Source of the DNA: a bacterium
GTDB taxonomy: Bacteria > Patescibacteriota > Minisyncoccia > Phycocordibacterales > UBA12088
Length of the DNA: 64,000 nt
Assembly (NCBI GenBank): GCA_003252295.1
Contig: QKEV01000003.1
Location: forward strand, 128,701 to 192,700
Reading direction: 5' to 3'
Shown here: in pieces, positions 1-10,400 of the stretch
Layout: each line of letters starts with the position of its first letter
How positions within the stretch are numbered: the first letter of the stretch is position 1
Notes under the pieces: generated by a model
What the model saw: the letters and a program-made list of their open reading frames with translations, nothing else
Databases searched by the model: none
Told to the model about the DNA's origin: nothing
Translations under genes and position numbers: made by a program

Positions 1-3000
1 TCGTGAAGCAGGTGGTCTTGAAACAGTAACGACGACGCTCACTGATCAGGCATGGGATACAACGGTGAGTGAAGCAGGGTTGTTCTCAATTGATGGTACC
101 GATACAACAGTTACTCTTTCAGAAGCAGGTCACTACCTTGCACTTTACAACCTTGGTATCCAGGTAACCACTGGTACCCAGAAGGGAAGTACGCATGGTT
201 TTCTTGATGTAAACGGTTCGCAAAGTCCGTATGGTCGTTCGAGTTGTTATATAGAAAATCAGACAGGACAAACAAAGTGTTGGATGTCTGGTGCTGCTAT
301 TATTGCGACTGCTGCAACGAACGAAACACTCAAGGTGCAGGCACAACGAAAGGATGATAATACACTCAGTCTTCGACGTATGAGTGGAGAAAGTGGTTTT
401 ACAATTTTGCGACTCGATGATGATTGGGAGTATGCACGAATACGTGAAGCGGGAGGTGGACAGGCGTTCAATAGTGCTACGTGGGCAACGGTAACACTTG
501 ATACCGAGGATGAGCTCGATGCTGGGTACAGTCATGCAGCAGGAGTAGTAACACTTGCAGATCCAGCTCGGTACCTGGTTACAACGAATGTTGAGTTTTA
601 CTCAACAGCAGGAGCAAAGAATAGGCTCAATGCAACTCGTCTAACTCTTGATGGTGCTGAGGTGAATGGTACCCGAGTAACGGCACTCATGACAGGAGAC
701 AACAGCTCGGTGTACTCTGTCGCATCATATGTGGGTATCATTGAAACAACAGCTACAAACCAGGTACTCACCCTAGAGGGTTCATGTATTGGTGAGACTT
801 GCAGTAAGGTTACAAATACTGCGAATCAAACGGGTATAACTATCGTGAAGCTTCCGAGCACCGTTGAAGTTGTTGGAGTGACTGAAGCAGGAGGTGGACA
901 GCAGGTCGACACAACAAGTGATCCAATTACCTGGGATACAAACAGCTTTATTGATACCGCAGCATTTTCTCACTCAACCTCACTCAACACCTCACAGGTA
1001 ACGGTATTGCAAGATGATGACTACCTATTCTTGAGTACTTTCTATAATTCACATAATACACCTGCGACCGTGATACTCGATCCCCACTGGGAGTGGCGAG
1101 TGAATGGCAGTACATTGCTTCCATACGGAAGCTTCAGTTACGTAAACCGTGGTGACGATAGTACTAACGGTGCGTGGCATTCAGGTGCATCGGGTGGTGC
1201 TATTTTCACATCGCTCACAACAAATGATTACGTTGAGGTGGTAAATACTGAGGAGAGTACAGGCACCTACACTGATCCAACATTCCAAGCAAACCTCATG
1301 GGGTTGCAAGGTTTACGTATTTCAACACTCGAGGAACCAGACATCACGGTGAGTGCTTCGGGCACACAGCAGACAACAGTCACCATTCCTACAGCAGATG
1401 CCTACCTTGGTGGAGCGTTCGTGCTCACTGCAAACAATTCGTTTCCAACTGAGACTGTTGAGTCAATCACTATTACTGAGAATGGTACCGTTGATGCACA
1501 GAATGATCTCTCAAACATTCGTCTCTTTTATGACTTAAGTACGACGACACCCTACGACTGTAGTACAGAAACGTACGATGGTACAGAGGAGCAGTACGGC
1601 GCCACAGCGAGTGCCTTTTCTGCAGCAAATGGTTCAGCAACGTTTACTGATTCTGTTGTTGCTTCAAGTACCCAAACCATATGTGTTTACGTAGTGCTCG
1701 ATGTTGATGATACAGCATCAGTTGGTGAGACTATTGAGGTAGAGATTACTGACCCATCAACAGACGTGGTGCTCGGTGGTGGTCCTGTTGGACCAAATAC
1801 AGCAGTGCTTTTGGACGGTACCACAACATTGCAAGATGATAAACTCACGCAGATACACTACCACTGGAGGAATGATGACGACACAGAGGCACTGGCAACA
1901 TCGGCAACAGGTGGTACTGAGGATACCGTACTCTCTGACTTGCCAAAAAACAACGAAAAGAGACTTCGTTTTGAAGTTTCAAACGAGGGAACTATTTCTT
2001 CTCCTGCAACACAATTCCTGCTTGAGTATGCGACACGTACTACGAGCTGTGCGGCTGTCTCGTCTGGGTGGACAGATGTTGGGATTGCTGGTGGAGCATG
2101 GGATTTGTTTGATAGTAGTAATCTTACCGATAGTGATGACACAACAAACATTGCACTTGCTACGGGAGGTGTGACGGATGAGAACACGACGTTCCTCACA
2201 CCAAATGGTGGAGTAAAGGATACGAGCTCACTCACGAGTGCTATCACACTCACTAGTACAGAGTTTGTTGAACTCGAGTACTCGATCATTGCTACCGATG
2301 TTGCTTATGACGGAGAGAGTTACTGTTTCAGGGTGACTGACAACGGAACACCACTGCCTGACTATCAGGTGTATCCGGAAGTCTCCATTGCAGCAGATGT
2401 GCTCGTCTCTGGTCTCGGTTCCCATACAGCAACAGTTGCTGCTTCAACATCGGATTTTTACATAGGTGGTAGCTGGTCAGTTGTCGACCAATCTGGAAGT
2501 CGAGATGTTACATCGATCACCTTGAACGAGACGGGAAGTGTTGATGCACTGAATGATATCTCAAACATTCGCCTCTTCTACGAGCTCGACACGAGTGTGC
2601 CGTATGACTGTAGTACGGAAACGTACGATGGTACGGAAGAACAGTACGGTGCTACTTCGAGTGCCTTCTCAGCAGCGGATGGTACAGCGACATTTTCTGA
2701 AACAGTGGGTATTTCTACCACTGAGACACTCTGTCTTTATGCTGTTGTTGATATCGATGGTACTGCTTCCGATGGTGACACGTTAGCACTTGAAATAAGT
2801 AATCCGGGAACGGAAGTCGTTGTCTCAACAGGGTCAGTAAATCCAAATGTCCCTGTGGGCCCTACTGGTTCAACAACTATCCAGAAGGCAGTGCTTGAGC
2901 AATCACACTACCACTGGCGGAATGATGATGGTACTGAAGCAAGTGCAACGAGTGCTACGGGTGGTGCGGAAGATACGGCAATTACTAACGTTAAAAAGAC

Positions 3001-6000
3001 GGAAACGCAGCGACTTCGCCTTGAGGTGAGTAATGAGGGTGGCACCTCAACAGATCCTTCCACGTACACACTGCAGTACGCGGAGTCATCAGGCTCCTGT
3101 AGTGCCTCAACCGGATGGGTGACGGTGGGTGCTGTGGGTGGTGCCTGGGCAATGAGTGACTCGGTAAACCTCACCGACGGCAACGATACGACGAACATCG
3201 CACTTGCAACAGGAGGTGTGACCGATGAGAATACGACCTTCCTCACACCAAATGGTGGGGTGTTAGATCTATATGCAACATCGAGTATTCTCACACTCTT
3301 GAACTCTCATTTTCTCGAGCTTGAGTACGGTATTGAGGCAACATCATATGCTGATTTTGGTACAACGTACTGCTTCAGGGTCCTTGGTGATGGTACAGAT
3401 GTGACAACGTACGCATCCTACCCACAGGCAACTATTCGGCAAAATCAGGATTTCTACATTCAGCGGGGTTCAACAAATATTCCAAACAGTGTTTCGAGTG
3501 TCACCATTGCTGCGGGAACTGACTATATTGCTCCGAGTGATGCATCGAAGGCGTTCATTCGCATCACCAATACGATGCACACTGGTGCGGGAGCAACCAC
3601 GGGAGGAGGTGCCCAGAATGCTGACAGTGTTACCACGTACATCAGTGATCCTGAGAACATTACCTCATCGGTAACCTTCAGTCGTACAGGAACATCGAAC
3701 TCTACGCAGATATACTGGGAAATCATTGAGTACACGGGACCAGTTGGAGGTGACAATGAGATGGTTGTGAGAGGTGTGCAGTCATACACTACAGGTGCAA
3801 AAAGCTTGACTGAAAATATAGCGGTCACCGGTGTCACTGATGATAATGATGTGGTGGTGTTCCTCACGGGGCAGAGCACACCAGAGGCTGCCACTACTGA
3901 GTATGAGACAGGTCTCTTTACCACTGACTGGGACGGAACTGCGGGGGAAGTGATACTTGAGCGTAATTCATTCGGAAGTGGTGCAGGTAACGCTGCTCAA
4001 GTGAGTTTTGCTGTAGTTGAGTTTACTGGCAGCAACTGGAAGACACAGCGAACAGAACATACGTACAATGCTGTCGGTACGACAGAAACCGGAACAATAT
4101 CGACCGTGAATGATGTTTCGCGTGCATTTCTCCATACGCAGCATAGGACGGATCAAGGCACGGTAGCTGATTATGGTCACCTCGTGTGGCTTTCGGGTGC
4201 GAGCACTGTTTCGTTTGCCTTGAACACTCAGGCATCAAGTCCTACCACACATACCTCAGTGGCTTGGGTTATAGAGAATACCCAAACGAACGGTATACCT
4301 ATGGCGGTAACGAGGAGTAATGGTTCACAAACCTCAGGTGGTGTAGAACCTTCCATTTACTCTATTGCTATTGGTAAAACTCTTGATGATATAGACGTGT
4401 CATCTATATTCACGACCATGTACTCAAATGGAGCTGATCTGGTACATCCGCACGCGATCATGGGTGCTACCATTGCTTCAACGACGCACTATGAACTGTG
4501 GATCTCAGATACTGGTTCATCACGAGCATATCGAACTGAAATAGTTGAATGGCCAACAGCAACACTTGCTGTACGGCAGAACTACTATCGTTTCTATGTT
4601 GATAACGATGCACTTGATCCGACTGATGCATGGCCGGCAGGTGCTGTTGATTTGGGGGAGAACGCAGCAATCACAGGACTCGACACACCACCTTCGAGCG
4701 GTGAACACTTGCGTCTACGCATGTCTCTAAATGTTTCCGGTGCGAACTTTTCTGCAGGACAGGGACAAGCGAAGCTTCAATACGGGGTCCGAGAGACAAG
4801 TTGTGGTGCAATAGCAATGTGGCACGACATGGGTGATATTGGATCAAGTACGGCAGTGTGGCGTGGGTATGATGGTACGCCGGTTGATGGAACAGCGCTT
4901 TCAACAAACCCTCCTACCGCTGGCGACCTCAATCTTTCAGTATCTGATATTGCAGGTACCTATGAGGAAGAGAACCTCACCGTGGCAAATCCATACAAGA
5001 TATATATCGGTGATGATGTTGAGTACGATTGGCACCTCGAGGCAAATGATGTGACTGATCTTACGAGCTACTGCTTCCGTATGGCATGGAGTGATGATGC
5101 TCCTATGGATGAGTACCTCTACTATCCGACAGTGACTATGGCAGGTTTTGAGGTAGAGCAACAAGATTGGCGCTGGTACAACGACGAGACCTCGATTACA
5201 CCTACCGTGGCGCTTGCGGCATCGAACACTGCACCTGTAAACATTGCCTACGGTGATCCATTGAAACTCAGGATACTCCTTGAAGAAATTGCTGGACGAG
5301 ACGGACAGAATGCCAAGTATAAGCTGCAGTGGTCTGAGTACTCTGATTTCAGTGTGGTGACTGATGTTGAAGATATGGACACCTGTGCCGTGGGTTCTGA
5401 GTGGTGCTACTTTGATGGGGCAGGTACCGAAGGGGCAACCATTACTGATAGTGTGCTCGAAGGAGCTGATAGCTGTGTAGCAAGTGTTGGGAGTGGATGT
5501 GGAACGCACAACGAAATGCCGTACGCACCTGATATTGTCGGTGAAGTAGGAACCACATCTACTGATAGTGTTGGTACGACGGTGACACTGCAGCACACGT
5601 ACGATGATCCTGTGTTCATTGTTGAGAGCATTGGTGGAGATGCGACAGGGGACACTGCAAATGCACCTGCGGTTGCCGTAATTACTGCTACCACTACTTC
5701 GAGTTTTACGGTTCGTATTCAAGAACCGGACAATGAGGCAGATGATCATGGTGAAGAGCTCGTTGGGTACTTCGTCATGGAGCGTGGTGCATACCAACTT
5801 CCCGATGGTAGGAGGATAGATGCTGACACCATGGATACTGCGCAGTACTACGGTAATGCAGTTAGTGGTGCGACAGATGATACGTGCAGCTTTACGCAAA
5901 CCTTTAGCACGGTACCTGTCGTCCTTGCTGCGCTTCAGAGCAACAATAATGTGAGTATTCCTGATTTCCTTACTGTTTCAAAGGCGCTCATTACTGTAGA

Positions 6001-7081
6001 TGACTTTGCTTGCTCGCTTGAAGTTCCTGATGGAGAGACGAATACACCAACAGATAGTGAGACTATTGGATGGATAGCACTTGATGGAGGAGTGTTTGCA
6101 AATAATGGTATTGCGCTTGAGGCAACCACGACGAGTGAATCGGTGACCGGCTGGACCGACACTCCTTGGTATGAACAGCTCTTCACGCAGCTATTTACAG
6201 GTGGTCCCGGCATTGTCGCTACGAAACAGACAAGAAATGGTGCCGAGGGTGGTTGGGTACGGTACGATAATGAGGACTTCAATTCGGTGCAGATGGCTAT
6301 CGATGAGCGTGATGACGGGGAACGTACACATACCACTGAGCGTATCGGCTACATTGCTTTTGCGGAAAGTGGTGTACTCTACCGAACAGGAACATCAAAC
6401 TTTACCTTTAGTGCAACTGCAGTGACCGAGTTTGAGTTTACCCTCGTGCACAACAATGCTCGTCCAAACGTAACGTACTTCTTTAGACTCTATGACGTGA
6501 ACAGTGATGAAGCGGTTGCAACTTCCACAACGAGTGTGTACCCATCACTCTCTACTGAGGGTGCGTCACTGTCGTTTAGTATTGGGGGAGTTGATTCTGG
6601 GGTAACAACAGAGGGGTTTGCTATGGATGTGACTACTACTGCCACGTCGGTACCGTTTGGTTCTCTTTCGCTTGGGGTACCAAAAAATGCAGCACAGCGC
6701 CTTACGGTATCAACTAATGCTACCGAAGGGTACCAGGTACTTGCCTACGAACAGCAAAACCTCATCAGTGGTGGGGGAACCATAGAAGATGTATCGGGAA
6801 CAAATGCTGCTCCAACCGCATGGTCTGTTGGTTGCCCTGCTGGTGCAACGAGTTGCTATGGGTACCATGCCGGAGACAATACTATGGAAGGTGGTTCAAA
6901 TAGGTTCCTCTTGGATGACACCTTTGCGGCGTTTACCGGCATCATGGAAGAGGTTGCCTATAGTTCAGGTCCCGCTTTGAACGAGTCAACAGACATTATA
7001 TATAGAGTAGAGGTGGGTGCTGGCCAACCGGCAGGAAGGTACCAGAGTAAGGTTACATATATCATAGTCCCCGTCTTCTAA
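1..7081 (+). CDS. Giant secreted/surface adhesin-like protein, 5'-partial (more than 2338 aa). It has a repeated YxWRNDDG...RLRxxVSNxG...YCFR module, tandem H-type-lectin-like domains and a C-terminal WxL-like domain ending TYIIVPVF.
   Basis: The reading frame stays open from nt 2 upstream of the listed GTG at 65, so the gene starts outside the window. There is an internal 1.05-kb duplication and a Thr/Ser/Gly/Asp-rich composition. The C-terminal 150 aa are paralogous to the C-termini of the ORFs at 16452, 24905 and 52612. Confidence 0.85.
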   Translation, partial: REAGGLETVTTTLTDQAWDTTVSEAGLFSIDGTDTTVTLSEAGHYLALYNLGIQVTTGTQKGSTHGFLDVNGSQSPYGRSSCYIENQTGQTKCWMSGAAIIATAATNETLKVQAQRKDDNTLSLRRMSGESGFTILRLDDDWEYARIREAGGGQAFNSATWATVTLDTEDELDAGYSHAAGVVTLADPARYLVTTNVEFYSTAGAKNRLNATRLTLDGAEVNGTRVTALMTGDNSSVYSVASYVGIIETTATNQVLTLEGSCIGETCSKVTNTANQTGITIVKLPSTVEVVGVTEAGGGQQVDTTSDPITWDTNSFIDTAAFSHSTSLNTSQVTVLQDDDYLFLSTFYNSHNTPATVILDPHWEWRVNGSTLLPYGSFSYVNRGDDSTNGAWHSGASGGAIFTSLTTNDYVEVVNTEESTGTYTDPTFQANLMGLQGLRISTLEEPDITVSASGTQQTTVTIPTADAYLGGAFVLTANNSFPTETVESITITENGTVDAQNDLSNIRLFYDLSTTTPYDCSTETYDGTEEQYGATASAFSAANGSATFTDSVVASSTQTICVYVVLDVDDTASVGETIEVEITDPSTDVVLGGGPVGPNTAVLLDGTTTLQDDKLTQIHYHWRNDDDTEALATSATGGTEDTVLSDLPKNNEKRLRFEVSNEGTISSPATQFLLEYATRTTSCAAVSSGWTDVGIAGGAWDLFDSSNLTDSDDTTNIALATGGVTDENTTFLTPNGGVKDTSSLTSAITLTSTEFVELEYSIIATDVAYDGESYCFRVTDNGTPLPDYQVYPEVSIAADVLVSGLGSHTATVAASTSDFYIGGSWSVVDQSGSRDVTSITLNETGSVDALNDISNIRLFYELDTSVPYDCSTETYDGTEEQYGATSSAFSAADGTATFSETVGISTTETLCLYAVVDIDGTASDGDTLALEISNPGTEVVVSTGSVNPNVPVGPTGSTTIQKAVLEQSHYHWRNDDGTEASATSATGGAEDTAITNVKKTETQRLRLEVSNEGGTSTDPSTYTLQYAESSGSCSASTGWVTVGAVGGAWAMSDSVNLTDGNDTTNIALATGGVTDENTTFLTPNGGVLDLYATSSILTLLNSHFLELEYGIEATSYADFGTTYCFRVLGDGTDVTTYASYPQATIRQNQDFYIQRGSTNIPNSVSSVTIAAGTDYIAPSDASKAFIRITNTMHTGAGATTGGGAQNADSVTTYISDPENITSSVTFSRTGTSNSTQIYWEIIEYTGPVGGDNEMVVRGVQSYTTGAKSLTENIAVTGVTDDNDVVVFLTGQSTPEAATTEYETGLFTTDWDGTAGEVILERNSFGSGAGNAAQVSFAVVEFTGSNWKTQRTEHTYNAVGTTETGTISTVNDVSRAFLHTQHRTDQGTVADYGHLVWLSGASTVSFALNTQASSPTTHTSVAWVIENTQTNGIPMAVTRSNGSQTSGGVEPSIYSIAIGKTLDDIDVSSIFTTMYSNGADLVHPHAIMGATIASTTHYELWISDTGSSRAYRTEIVEWPTATLAVRQNYYRFYVDNDALDPTDAWPAGAVDLGENAAITGLDTPPSSGEHLRLRMSLNVSGANFSAGQGQAKLQYGVRETSCGAIAMWHDMGDIGSSTAVWRGYDGTPVDGTALSTNPPTAGDLNLSVSDIAGTYEEENLTVANPYKIYIGDDVEYDWHLEANDVTDLTSYCFRMAWSDDAPMDEYLYYPTVTMAGFEVEQQDWRWYNDETSITPTVALAASNTAPVNIAYGDPLKLRILLEEIAGRDGQNAKYKLQWSEYSDFSVVTDVEDMDTCAVGSEWCYFDGAGTEGATITDSVLEGADSCVASVGSGCGTHNEMPYAPDIVGEVGTTSTDSVGTTVTLQHTYDDPVFIVESIGGDATGDTANAPAVAVITATTTSSFTVRIQEPDNEADDHGEELVGYFVMERGAYQLPDGRRIDADTMDTAQYYGNAVSGATDDTCSFTQTFSTVPVVLAALQSNNNVSIPDFLTVSKALITVDDFACSLEVPDGETNTPTDSETIGWIALDGGVFANNGIALEATTTSESVTGWTDTPWYEQLFTQLFTGGPGIVATKQTRNGAEGGWVRYDNEDFNSVQMAIDERDDGERTHTTERIGYIAFAESGVLYRTGTSNFTFSATAVTEFEFTLVHNNARPNVTYFFRLYDVNSDEAVATSTTSVYPSLSTEGASLSFSIGGVDSGVTTEGFAMDVTTTATSVPFGSLSLGVPKNAAQRLTVSTNATEGYQVLAYEQQNLISGGGTIEDVSGTNAAPTAWSVGCPAGATSCYGYHAGDNTMEGGSNRFLLDDTFAAFTGIMEEVAYSSGPALNESTDIIYRVEVGAGQPAGRYQSKVTYIIVPVF
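1340..3440 (+). repeat. In-frame tandem duplication (two units of about 1.05 kb) inside the first giant CDS.
   Basis: Protein segments NDLSNIRLFYDLSTTTPYDCSTETYDGTEEQYGATASAFSAANGSATF...HYHWRNDDDTEA...YCFRV and NDISNIRLFYELDTSVPYDCSTETYDGTEEQYGATSSAFSAADGTATF...HYHWRNDDGTEA...YCFRV are near-identical and about 350 aa apart. Confidence 0.8.
5578..6095 (+). other. Two tandem H-type-lectin-like domains within the first giant protein.
   Basis: Segments HTYDDPVFIVESIGGD...ITATTTSSFTVRIQEPD...VGYFVMERG and FTQTFSTVPVVLAALQSNNNVSIPDFLTVSKALITVDDFACSLEV...ETIGWIALDGG fit the H-type lectin pattern (F..PP.V.vsl...d....v.v.nvt.tgF.i....w......i.WiA). I could not run an HMM search to confirm. Confidence 0.45.
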
Positions 7082-7094
7082 TTAATGTGTATGT

Positions 7095-7375
7095 AATTAG
7101 CGAATTTCTGCGTTACTTCACTCGTTCAAATACTCACCGTATGTACAATACGGCTCGTATTTTCACTCGCTTGTGCCTTGAACTTCATCTAATTACATAC
7201 ACATTAAACCGCAAGCTATATTTGACGAATTTCTTCGTTGCTACGTTAAAAATATCATTCACCGTATAAAAAATACGACTCACTCTATTTTTAACTAGCA
7301 CCTCGAACTTCATTCAAATCTGTACACCCTACCACAAGGTAGATGTCTTGAACTTCATCTAATTACATATATTTT
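7095..7375 (+). repeat. Conserved intergenic element, copies A and B in tandem. Core is ttcaCCGTAT-N5-6-ATACGGct (or ATACGAct) followed by c(c/t)ttgaacttcatctaattacata.
   Basis: Hairpin cores at 7135-7157 and 7258-7281. The 23-nt motif cttgaacttcatctaattacata repeats at 7175-7198 and 7346-7369. Homologous copies occur at 22010-22232 and 56975-57095. Confidence 0.7.
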
Positions 7376-7480
7376 GAGAATAATGTATGTGTTCAAAAAA
7401 TATACAGATTTCCTGTTGTGCTATTTATTACCATCTTGCATGGTATTATCAGTAGGCGGTACACTAGTGGTACTAGCTAT

Positions 7481-10400
7481 ATGAATAGAAATATAGACGG
7501 ACCACCGTTTAATGGTGATGCAAGGAAAAAAAATGCACTTACTGATGTGCTTCCTAAACAGGGAGTACCTAGTACTGAGGTGCAGGAAAAGTACCTTGTG
7601 GGTGATGAAGCAGTACAGGCAATACAAAACGCCGAAGGATTGCATGGTTTTTCAGCAGATAGGGAAGAGGAACCTGGATCAAGTGTTAATGAGAACGCAG
7701 TAGAAAGTGCGGTAATTACGGTTGATAATCCTGCAGAAAAAAAGGAAAAGAAAGGCGGTTTTCTTGCTTCACTCTTTGGTGAAGAGATTGCTGATGGCGT
7801 TGAAGCGGTTGACCCTGCTCCAAAAGATCATACTTCTGTAGCTCCTGAAACTGTTCAAGATAGTCCAGTAGCAAAGACGGAGGGTGCACAAGAGGTGGTG
7901 CAAGATAGGAGAGGGGTGCAGGAGCAGGAAGGAGTTGGTCTTGAGACACTTCTCAAAAAAAAGGAAACCAACACAGAAGAAAATCAGCGAGAACAGGGTG
8001 ACAGGGTGGAACATGAGGATTCTCAAGAGAAGGTTAGAGAACTATCAAAGGAAGAAATAGAGTACAAAGCGTCACGAAAAGAGTATAAGCGATACAAAAA
8101 AGAGCTCCATAAGGTTCGTGAAAACTTTGAAAAACTTGCAGATGAGTATAAGGAGGAGAGTGAAAAATCAGGTTTCCTTTCTCGTTTTATGGACACTACC
8201 CCTGAGCTTAGAAAGAAAAAAAAGGAAATGGAAGAAGCTCTTGTGGTGTATGACCATTATCTCGAAAAAATACGTAATGAAAGGGAGAGGAGGATACAAG
8301 CTTCTGTTGAGAAGTTTTCAACTATTGCTGGTGCTGAAAAACAAGAAGATGAGGTGCAGTATATAGCACTTCATGAAGCACTCCTTGAAAAGCAAATAGA
8401 TAACGAGGCGGCAATGCTTGAGTCAATTAAGCAGCGGGAAAATAAAGATGGTGAACCAAACTTTTTTGCACTTCGGTGGATGAAGAAAGGTCTTGGTTAC
8501 TACAGTAAGCTTCCAAAAGCGGGACGTATTGCAATTGGTGCAGGTATTGGTGCTGCTGTTGGGTCACTGGCTGCTGTTGGTGCAGGAGCTGCTGCAGGAG
8601 GTGTACTTGCTGCTGGCGTTGCTGGTGGGTTTACGAAAGGTGCAAGAAAGACGGCTGGGGTATTCCTTGCGCCATTAGCAGCACTTGAAACAAAGAAATT
8701 TTTAGATAAGGAGGTTGATGTATATGAAGAGGTTGCAATGACGGAGCAGAAAAATACCTTTAGTGAGAAAAAGCTCAGTGAGAGTAGGCGTGAACGGAAA
8801 AATATTAAGCGTAATGTGCGTTGGGGGAAACGAAGTGCAACGGTTGGTGCAGCAGGTGCAGCCATGATCGTAGGAGGAGGAGGTAGTGCCCTTGCAGAGA
8901 ATGTTGCTGATGGTGTAGTTGATACGATCGGTGACGTACATTTTGGAGGTGTTGCGGAAGCCAATGCTGCAACTGAAGCACCACAACATTCCGCTTTGTA
9001 TAGGGAGGTTGAAGCTTCACGAAAAGCTTTCGAGGAAGGTGGTAATAGTAATCCAGAAATGAGGTCAGCAGTCCAGAACATAATGGGTAAGGCAGAAGCA
9101 GAATATGATGGTACAGCAGAAGTGGCGGTAAATAGTGCTACACCTGAAATAACCGGTACACACGATATGAGTTTTGTTGATACTGAGGAGCAGAGACCTG
9201 AAAGAACGGTACTCACTCGTCCGTCAGGGCAAAAAAGTTTTTTCCAGAACAAATTTGATGAAGCCCAGGAGCGTGTAGCACTTAGGCGTGCAAGTGGAGT
9301 ACCTGCGGGAGAGGTTGCTGGTGAGCAAATGGTAACTGAACAACCGGAGGGTGGTGTTGAGCATGTACCAGCAGCAGAAGTTGCTCCAGAACAGAGTACA
9401 ACAATGGAAGCACTGCAACAGTCCTCAGAAGGAGCTCTTACAGAGCCGGTTACTGAAGGTTGGGATATACAGCGAATACTGCAGCACATGCATGAGCAAA
9501 ATAGTGCCGACATGGAACATGTATCGACAGGAGAGGTGGCAGAAACACCTGCTGAAGCACCGCCTACCGAAGAGCAACCTGAAGTACTCACTGCTGTGGG
9601 TGAGTATGAGACAGGGTCAAGTGTCAACAAGGAACTGCAGGAATTCCTAGGAAAGGATACGTGGGTGCAAGAGCACTATCCAAATATCGATGAGGATATG
9701 CGTGGTAAAATAGCACATCGACTCTACCTTGAGCTTGCAAAAGATCATGAAGCTATGGAGCGTTTCAAGGTGCGTGGCGATGACTGGAACAGTGTGCATG
9801 AGGGAGATCACTATTCCGTTGGTATGAAGCGTGAGCTCGTTGAGAAAGCGATTAAACGTTTTTATCCAGAAGAGGGGACACAAGAGGTTGCATCTACAAT
9901 GGAAAGAAGAAGTGTTGCACAAGAGGCATTAGATGAACTGCGTGCTGAAAAAACTCCTGTTCCGACAGAGGAGAGTGTGCCTGCCGAAGCTGCAGAAGGT
10001 ACTGAGCCAGTACACTTAGCAGCAAGACACAAAGTATTATATGGAGATGCTAAGTATGAACCGCAGCATATTGAGGCAGATGAGCATAAGATACTGCGTA
10101 AACATCCTGCTGAAGTGCAGCAGTCAAATGAACCAACACCGCAAGCAGATAAGGGTGTTTGGACTAATCCTGACGACCATAAGCCGTTTGGCTCTGAGCG
10201 TAAAACCCCTGTTGAGGAACCTGTAAAAGCGTGGAAAAATCCTGATGTAGATAGAGCTGGAACAGCTGTGCCTGAAGAACATTCAGGTGAGTGGAAAAAT
10301 CCTGATCGTGGAGAAGTGTTATCTTCTCAAGCAGAAGCTGATCTAAAGTACGCACAGATGCAGATGGAGAAGCATGAGGTGCCTGACTACCAAGGTTTTA

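Noticed and set aside
4937-5899. A 320-aa minus-strand ORF and many other 60-380-aa antisense or out-of-frame ORFs inside the giant genes (e.g. 8500-9630 -, 36040-36591 -, 38485-39003 -, 23153-23680 -, 43329-43715 +).
   Set aside because: They lie entirely within much longer, domain-rich ORFs on the other strand or frame. They have low-complexity Ser/Thr/Pro/Cys-rich translations typical of shadow ORFs in Thr/Gly/Asp-rich coding DNA. No start or RBS context supports them.
7095-7375. A possible CRISPR array or CRISPR leader, because of the short direct repeats.
   Set aside because: There are only two imperfect repeat copies with non-uniform spacing. Homologous copies are dispersed at 22 kb and 57 kb. 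There are no cas genes and no regular repeat-spacer periodicity.
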